Origin: Pelomyxa schiedti
Lineage: Eukaryota; Protista; Evosea
Reading direction: 5' to 3'
DNA length: 64,000 nucleotides
Assembly (NCBI GenBank): GCA_020536535.1
Contig: JAHLWZ010000267.1
Location: 1 to 64,000, forward strand
The stretch's first letter is position 1; each line of letters opens with the position of its first letter. The notes under the pieces are model-generated. The model worked only from the letters and a program-made list of their open reading frames with translations. It was not told the DNA's origin and did not search any database. Below are positions 55,990 through 64,000 of this stretch, piece after piece. The translations under genes and the position numbers were made by a program.

Positions 55990-58124
55990 TTAGTACTGTG
56001 GTAGTCCAGACACTTCTAGAGAAGAGGGCCAAGTGACTGTGTAATGAATGACCGAGACTACTTCCACACCAGGGGCTACATTTACATACCTGAACTTGAG
56101 GTTGTTGTTCTCGACTCTGCTCACCCATCCACCTTCACAGGCGACGGTGCTTTGGTTTGTAATGAACACGGGTTGCTTGAGGGAAACAACAATTTCCCCT
56201 GTTTCCGATGCTGGGAGCTCATCAACAACGTCAATAGATATCTGGAAGAAGTTCAGCGTTGTGAAAAGGGCGATGTTCATTATACCGGTCCTGACTTGGC
56301 GTTCTTCACAAAAGTCTTGAAAATGTAGTCATTGGTAATAGACTTCTTTGCCAAAGAGGCCTTTGCGCTTTTCTTTGGTGGGTTCCGGCTGTATGTGACT
56401 CGGACTCCCGGGTCAGTGCCCAAAAGGGCAATGAATTCTTCCATTGGTGCTATGGCTTTGAGATTGGTTGTACTGATGAAATTCGTATCAAAGTAAATAT
56501 TGCAGGATCCAGGGAGGAGAGTGAAGCCAGTTTCGTTTACTGCGACTGCTTGCAGGAAGGCGTGAGGTGATTTCTTAGGAACAACATGGTACAGTAGTTT
56601 ACAGGGAAGAAGGGCACTGGTAACCAGTACCTAATAAATGATGTTACAAAAAAAAGGATGATGCTCCAAGCCTACCTTGAAGGGGGACATATCTTTAGTG
56701 GAAGGAACACTGATGGCGTGTTCAATTCTGTACCCTTCACTTATAATATTGATTTCTGGTGGGGGAGTTGTTTGGACGGGGAGAGAAGTCGGTGCACTTG
56801 TCTTTGAAACCAAGCTGAGGGGAATTTGGGTCAGTTTTGGTATCTTCCCACTTAGTTGAGCGTCGCAGGTTGATGTAGACAAATGGACTTCAATATCTTT
56901 CCAATCTTCCCCTGGAGATGGTAGTTAAACTGGAGTTGTCGTGTTGGTGACTCTTATCTTAAAACTCACCAGTAGACTGAAACAGATTTGCATAATACAA
57001 GAGTTCAATATAGCCGCCTTCTGACGTGTATCTCAGGTCATAAGCTGGCACCCAGTATATTTTTGTTCTAGTGGCACTAATTGCCAACAAAACCTAACAC
57101 CGGTTACTGGGGTGGATGTTATATAATTTCAAACCTCTGATCCTGGATCTGCATGCAATTTGACGTGGATACACCTGCCCTTGGCAGCCACGGCCTCATC
57201 AAAAGCCTTGCGGAGTTTGGTTATCTCCTCATTCAATTTCCCTTTAGCATCACTCAGTGTTACTTCTGCGTGCATAGTTTGTGACAGCTGGGAACAGGCG
57301 CTCTCTAGCATTTGTGGGAGCTGGTCCAAAACAGATTGCGTTGGAGGATATTTGCCCAAAAACGTAGACGCGAATTTTGTGTTTGTATCCTCGACGTTCC
57401 TCTTGGCTTCAGCATTGACGGTTTCTCGTACTTTCATTTGCTCCAGCTCCTGCTCTTTCTCGGCCAGTTGCTTTCTCATAGCAGTGAGGCTCTTTGACCT
57501 CGCAATTGCATTCTCCGAGGTTTCCTCCACCTCCAAAACCTGCCCAAAAAAAAAAACGAAAAGTCACCAACCAAAAAAAAAGTTGCAACTTCCCAGGATC
57601 CACAAACCTCCACGACAGTAACTTGTCCAGACACGGCGGCGCCCTTCACTCTGATATCTGTGGCGTCGCAAGGCACATTGGAAACGATCAGGTCGTAAAA
57701 AAGTGGTGTAGACTTTGTGTCAGCTTGCAGGTGTCGTTTGCTGCGGTGTCTGCTTGACACAGGTAACTTCACTGCCGTCTCCTTGGTAATCTCTCCTGCT
57801 GTTTTCGAGAACTGTTTTCCAAACAAAGGTGAGTGTTATGCATCGAAGCGGCCAGTAATACACTTTTCGTGTTTGGCGTTTAAATGTTACATTCCTTACG
57901 CAGTGAGAGGGGAAAAAAAAAAAGAAAATTGCAGTTGACAGGGGAACCTCGACATGGGTGGTGTTCATCAGCAGGTATTTGACCTTGAGAGTGTTTTGGT
58001 CCTTTACGCGAACAGCACTCGGCTGCGACGACGCAGTCGTGGCAGCTGCGTCGCTGTCGTCTACCGACTTTGCCGAAGACTTAACCGACTTCCCGGCCGT
58101 GTCCGTTTCCCCATCACCAGACAT
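55990..58124 (-). CDS. DUF4140/DUF4139 (MuiA/F37C4.5-like) protein
   Basis: DIRVKGAAV..VTVVEV, central coiled coil, WVPAYDLR, QSTGEDWKDIEVHLST, VVPKKSPHAFLQA..LLPGSCNIYFD..LGTDPGVRV. Confidence 0.85.
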
Positions 58125-58759
58125 TTTTTTTTGTTTTTTCACACGAAAATCAAGCAGAAAAAAAATCCAGGGTTCTAACTGCCGATGTATTCGAGATGCA
58201 AAAAGAAAAAAAAAGGGTAGAGCTTTGAGGCGGTGAATAGAGTTACGTGAGGATTACCCCAGCGAAACGCCTTGGAAGGGCGTTGGTCAGGGAGAGCACG
58301 GGGCGGGTTAGGAGTCCGCACCCGCGCATCTTGATAGTTGCTTGCAGTTATTCGATGTATCACATTCCCATTGGAGCACCGTTTATCCCTCGCACAGTAC
58401 CCAATAACTCTACCTCCTTCTCGGCTTTTTTTGTTGCCTGTTTTTCCGCGGGGGTGAATTATGGGGGTACTTTTTTTTTATTCAACGTATCCTTGCATCC
58501 CCGTGCAAGAGTTGTGCTAATGTTTCCTTGTTTGACATCCCCTTGCGTTCCAGATATGCGACTGAATAAACGACGTCCTTCCGTGACCAGGGTCGCAACC
58601 ATACCTTGACGTACCTTCGTCTCTTACCCACCAACATAAATATGGGCTCAATCAAAAGGTTCGTTCGAAAAAAACTTAAACTTTGTGTTTTACATGAAAC
58701 AACTGGCTTCAGTAACTATGCACTGCATGGTTTTTGAATAGAAGGCTCAGGTGTTACCA

Positions 58760-61700
58760 CTAGAGTGACCGAGGGTTTTTAACGGGAATCCTAGTGCCTA
58801 GAAGGGGGTGCTGAGTACGAGGATACAATTGAGCTTCTGTGGGGTGTGTATAGGCTTGTTCTGGTTGTTGTTGTGCTGGGGGCTGTGGACCGGCGTGGAC
58901 CAGCTGAGTTGACGTGGAGACTTGTTGGGCTTGTTGTGTGAAAGCCTCCATTTGGTGAATGTAATGGAAGTGGGCAGGTGTGGATTCTCGGGAGTGGGAG
59001 GGGAGTGATTGACCTGGGCTTCTGAATTGTTGAACCTTCTGGGTCTGGGGGAGAGGACAGTTAGGAAGCGAGATAATGTAAGACGGTAATTGAACTTACT
59101 CCTGGCAGTGCTCAAAGTCCGCGGTGAAGAGTGGTGTGTAACAAGTGAGCTTTGGGGCCGTTAGTTTGCAGCATGAACGGGTAATGATATTGTAACCTGT
59201 GAGAGGTGTCTATACTTGGAAACTGCCGTGGCGACGGTGACTCTACGAGTGGATTAGTGCGTGGATTGACACCCAAATTTACCTTTCTTCTTCTGTAGGC
59301 TTTCGTAACGTTGCCACATCTTTCTTGCTAGCTCGGCAGTGCGAATAGAATCAAATCCCCACTCGTCAGCAATCTCTTGCAGAGCTTGGGGTGATGCCTC
59401 GTTCAAATTATTCTTTATTATGTAAATTAAGTTAATGGGGATTAAGGATGCCAACCTCATCTGTAACTTTCGTTGTAGGTTTTTGTGGAATCACAGAGAT
59501 GGAAGGTTGTTGGTGGTATGGGGTTGAGCTCTGGGATTGTGATGGTAGCCTAACGGAATGTCGAGGCATTGTGTGTGTGGAAGGGCAGTGTCTAGACATC
59601 AGTGACATGCTTGGAAGGGAGAGCGTTGTATTTGAGTGGGATTGCGTGGAGAGAGATGGAGGGTGCCCGAGTTTATGTTTGTGAGATTCTAGACTTGAGA
59701 TAGTTGATTTTCTCCATTGCGGATTTTTTGTTAAGTTTTTGTGCTTCGGCAATATATTCTCCATACTTGTGCGACCTGTTGCTGCTTTACTTGGAGTAGG
59801 AAGGAAATGGAATGCTGCCATGCAATGGTAAGTTAAATTAAAAATCGAAGGGCATTCGTTACTGGTAGAACTTCGGAAAGTATTCTTTGGGAAAGGTAGG
59901 GATATATCAGGTGGTGGTGGGATAGCAAGGGTGTGGTACTCTGAGGTAAAATTTAGATAAGATGGAAAGTTCATTTCATCACTCTACCCTCTTCCATTCC
60001 TGGACTAAGAGGGAAGGCATCATTCAAATCGCTGGGCATCTCACACCAAGAAAGATCCGGAACTTCCATTTCCACAAGTAAGAAGTTTAATTTCAGTTCA
60101 AAAAAGAGTATACCTTCATCCTCGGGGAAGTGTATCTTTTTTATTTGTATGTTCATTTTCTTCAACAGTGATCTTACTCTATAACCTCTCCAGCATGCTT
60201 GTATCTTGGTGGCCGCTAAGCCGATAGGTTGGAAATAGTCGGGAGTGTGGAGTTCAACCTGCATTTTGTTCGGTATTACCAGGGCTTGGAGAGATGTTTT
60301 TTACAACAGGAGAGTTAGGACATGGGACTTTCACAGAACGGCCAGTTGGTGCACGTTTCAGATCGCGTAAAGCAACACTGATTACATTTCTATCTTCTAC
60401 ATCTTGTATCCCAACTTTATACTTGGGACGTTAGTGAACAGATGGGAAAGAGAAAACGTGGTACCTTAAGAAGCTCTCGGAGATCTTGAACATCATATTC
60501 AGAAACTTGTAGTGGAGTTGACCTGACACTGGAAAATAAAGGTAGATAACTTTCAAGTCCGACACCGTGCAGAAACATAGGCCATGTACTCTCTACAAAG
60601 ATGTCAGGGAAACCCAAATGAAAGAAAGGGCCTTTATTTTGAAAAGAAGGCAAACCTGGAGCATCTGATGATACAAAAGGGTGTTCTTTAGATTCGAGAT
60701 TTGTATTTATGTGGTTGTCTGCAGTGGCTGCTGAGGAGTGCTGAAGAGAAGGGACAGATGTGAGACACTGGTTACTCTGAGTTTCGTAACTGTAACCAGG
60801 TTAGATCAGAAATGAGATATAGTACCTTTGGAGTTCTTGGCAAGGAGATTCTTCATCTTTCTCTCTGTGCATCAGAGCTTCTTGTTGTTGAAGAAGTAAC
60901 TTGAAGGGTCAGTGGTGTATATACAGCAACACTAATACTTGGTGTTTCCGTTTTATTTCCATTTCTTCCTGCTCAGAAAGTAATTGCAACTTTTCTGCTT
61001 CAGCTTTCTGGCGCTTTTCTTCCTCCTGCTTCCTGGTTTTAAATGTATTCCCATGGTATAAATGGGTGGACTTACTTGTGTAACTCTACTTCTTCTTTTA
61101 GCTTTCTTTCTTCTTCTTCTCTCTTCAGTTGCTTTTCCCAGTCAATTCTCCTTGATGATTATAGGTGAGGGTTTTTTCAATGATCTTACTTCCGGGTGGC
61201 AGAGTCTTGAAGGATAGCCCCAATCAAGTCCTGTCTGCGTTTCTCTAGCATCACAGCAAACCGTGACTCCTCTGCTGTCCTGTTTTCTAGAGTGGATCAG
61301 TTTCGTCTGTATTTTAATCTACCTTGAGATTGTTGTTGCATGGACCTACGCATTTTCTCAGATACGTTTTTTTGATTCTGTTCCAGCAAAATTCTCTCCA
61401 ACTGAAGTCTATGTGAAATATCAATTATTTGAAGTTGTGAGCGGGATTCTTTCTTTCTAGCCTCTTGGTTCGCTTTTTGAATGGCATCAATTGCTTTGAT
61501 TTGATCTGCTGCATCTCTGGAGGTTTTTTCTTGGAGCTGCTCGGTGAAGGAAATATAAGCAGGTGAGTCAGATTGTGGCTGCCTGAGTTCTGCTGACGGA
61601 ACAGGCTTAGTTGTAAGTGTTGGGGTCATTTTGCCATTTATCCTCTCTAGAGCCTCTTGTGTGACTAGTTAATACCCAATAATAGGGATTGACTAAAGAC

Positions 61701-62193
61701 CTTGAATTTTATTTCGTAAGTGAACTTCAAAATCTGCAACGCTCTTGGTGAAAGATCCTTTTGACCCTTCATCATCCCTAGGGAGTTTAGTGTTTTCTTT
61801 TTTCAAAGGAGAAAGAGTACCAACCCCGAATTGACATTCAAGCCAAATGACAATAATGTGGAGTCCATTGTGATGAGGTGTTCTGTCCCAACAACTGAAG
61901 CAATCCTTACAATTTTTTGTTCCAAAGTATCCTCGTTTCTCTGTTAAGATATTAATAGTCACATAATTGACCTTCTAGAAAATGGGAGGACCAACATGGA
62001 GGCTGTTGTCAAAGTTTCTCACACGATCCAACTCAGACACCATTCTGGCCTGAATTCTACCCAGCCACCCATAATTGCCCCGCGTGAACTCCGGGCCACC
62101 TTGGCCCAGTTCGTTCTCCGCTGAGGCACCCACAATGCATTCCTGGCCCAATTGTGGGGCAGAAACAAGGCTTGCTGCAGTACGTGGGTGCAT
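58760..62193 (-). CDS. Coiled-coil + SAM-like + IQ-motif protein with LRRIQ1-like C-terminal motif
   Basis: WPMFLHGVGLESYLPLF..DLRELLK..GIQD (SAM-like), AATKIQACWRGYRVR (IQ), IADEWGFDSIRTAE; ends approximate. Confidence 0.65.
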
Positions 62194-62324
62194 TTTTCTA
62201 CCCGTGTGCGTTGACGCACGGACCTAACCTCCTTTCGAGAAATCAAAACTCGAATGAAAATCGAAGGTTCGCCTTGGAAAAAAGGTTCATTGACAATGGG
62301 TTTGACGCTCGTATCTTCTGCACC

Positions 62325-63644
62325 TCACCAGAAGTCTATTGTTCGCCATGCAAATACCCGCGACGACTTATCCTCATTCATGTCAGCATAGTACAAATGG
62401 GCAGATGAACTCGACCTCTGGTCTCCCCCAGGACTATCGCTGATAATGGTAGGGTACCACGCGGCGCCCACGGCAATTGTGGGACCCACCGCCGCCTCAG
62501 GCCTCTCCCAGTCCTGCTTCTCCAAATCACTGCACGCAGTAATGTAGATTCTCCCATCCCAGCCCCCGTAAACCATGACATATTTCCCCACCGCGTCGTT
62601 CCAATGTACAGATGGATTTGCACCCTGAGGCGACCCTGAGGGCAGTGGAATTGGGTCGCCTTGGCCACCAAGTCCAGGAATGATGAATCCGCCGGGAGAT
62701 TGCCATTTGAACCAGTTGCCAGGCCATGCGTTGGGATCGGAGGTTTTGGCGGCGTGGAGTCTGCATTATGGGAGTGAGTTATGAGTTGGATTATAATTAC
62801 ATTGGCGACATTACAAGCATGAGTAATATTAGTCGCTAGAAATGGCACTAATGAAAAGAAAAAGGAATGCACCTGGAAGCTCCATCGGCATCCAGTTCTT
62901 GGTAAAACATGTAATAGGCTTTATTGGAAGCTTCATAGAAGGCGGAATTATCGCCCGCACCACCCCATGCAGGGGAAGAAGGTTGTGTTTGCCAGGATGT
63001 AATTATTGTACCATGATCAGTCCACGTCTTTCCTAGATCATAACTCATTGCCATACCTATGCTTTTCCAAGCCTAAAAATGTGTGAAAATCACTACTATC
63101 TAAAGGTTTTCGGATACCATGTTATCCGGGTTAGAATAGCCGCAATACCAATCCTCCTGGTGATAGAACCCGATCATGTACGTTGAGCCATTGCCATTGG
63201 GAACGAATACATTCATCAACCAAGATCCTCCATCATTGCTTCCACATTCAGGATAGGTACGAGAGCCAAAAATTGCATAAGATGGATCCAGTGTTTCGAG
63301 ATTCTCAAAGTAAGCTGAAACTCCCAAGGTGCGCTTTTTTTGATGAATTCAAGGTAATAAGCACTCCAACACAGAAAATAGATTAGTACATAGTTTTCAT
63401 ACTCTGACCAGAAGGAGTACCACTGACCATTAACTAGTACGGAACTAAGGTGACCATCAGGAACATATTTGTACGTAGGCACACCAGCTGCTGAAAAGTG
63501 ATTAATTCCATTCCTCCTGGGGAAAAAAGGGGGCACACTATTGGGGACAGTGTATCGACTGGAACCAACACTGTAAGAGAAGGATAAACTGCTTCCTCCT
63601 TCTACAAAACACCAAATTATAGCAATAACCAAATACGAGGTCAT
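62325..63644 (-). CDS. Secreted five-bladed beta-propeller, glycoside hydrolase (GH32/43-clan)-like protein
   Basis: Signal peptide MTSYLVIAIIWCFVEG; YVPDGHLS, IGFYHQED, AMSYDLGKTWTDHG, GGAGDNS..YYMFY, NPSVHWN...KYVMVY, AWYPTII, LYYAD. Confidence 0.7.
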
Positions 63645-63716
63645 ATCCTTGTTGTTGGAGCCTGACTTTTTCCGTTTTCCACTTCAGTGAAAAATTCGAA
63701 CTTGGACGTTTTTCAT

Positions 63717-64000
63717 ATGGGTCAGACGTTTGGTAGCTCCGCGTCTTCGACGACACCAACAACCACAGAAAGGACAACATACATTGTGGGATCACCGGCA
63801 TGCACAACAACGTCGTCCAGGGCCGCCGACGTCGAGGATATCATATCTACTGCGGCCACGCCCTCCGACCCAGACAACAACCCATCGTCGCCGTCGTCGA
63901 GCGGGGCGCCGTCAATCGACGCGACTAGCGTCAACATCAACAACAACAAGAAGGTTATGGTGGAGCCCTATGTGATAACGATGACGATAAACTGCGTCAA
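63717..64000 (+). CDS. 5' end of a gene running off the window (MGQTFGSS..., possible N-myristoylation)
   Basis: ATG 63717 with an open frame to the window end; GC-rich S/T/P-rich first exon like other genes here; head-to-head with the 63644 start. Confidence 0.55.
   Translation, partial: MGQTFGSSASSTTPTTTERTTYIVGSPACTTTSSRAADVEDIISTAATPSDPDNNPSSPSSSGAPSIDATSVNINNNKKVMVEPYVITMTINCV

Overview
Compact, intron-rich eukaryotic genomic DNA with many ~40-100 nt spliceosomal introns, about 23 protein-coding genes, frequent head-to-head gene pairs and GC/CpG-rich 5' ends. The style fits an amoebozoan protist such as Pelomyxa (inference, not verified). Recognisable genes: CTF18, condensin II subunit G2, MCM5, Rab1, Rab21, an F-BAR/RhoGAP, a Sel1-repeat protein, a DUF4140/DUF4139 protein and a MYCBP2-type RCR E3 ligase. 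Most notable observations: (1) an apparently circularly permuted tRNA-Ser-type gene (3' half upstream of 5' half, 11-nt spacer) at ~35.8-35.9 kb; (2) a bacterial-type VIT/vWA/DUF2135 protein carrying inserted small-GTPase domains, one of which reads as a circularly permuted Rab (G2-G3-G4-G5 then G1); (3) a divergent eRF1 that keeps GGQ and YxCxxxF but appears to have lost NIKS and GTS; (4) unusual fusions: C2-RING-IBR-RCR E3, degenerate adenylate kinase-RING, and polyPro/WH2-metallophosphoesterase. Two 100-N gaps and a ~98%-identical 783-bp duplicate point to assembly-graph artefacts. All exon structures were inferred by eye, so gene ends are approximate.
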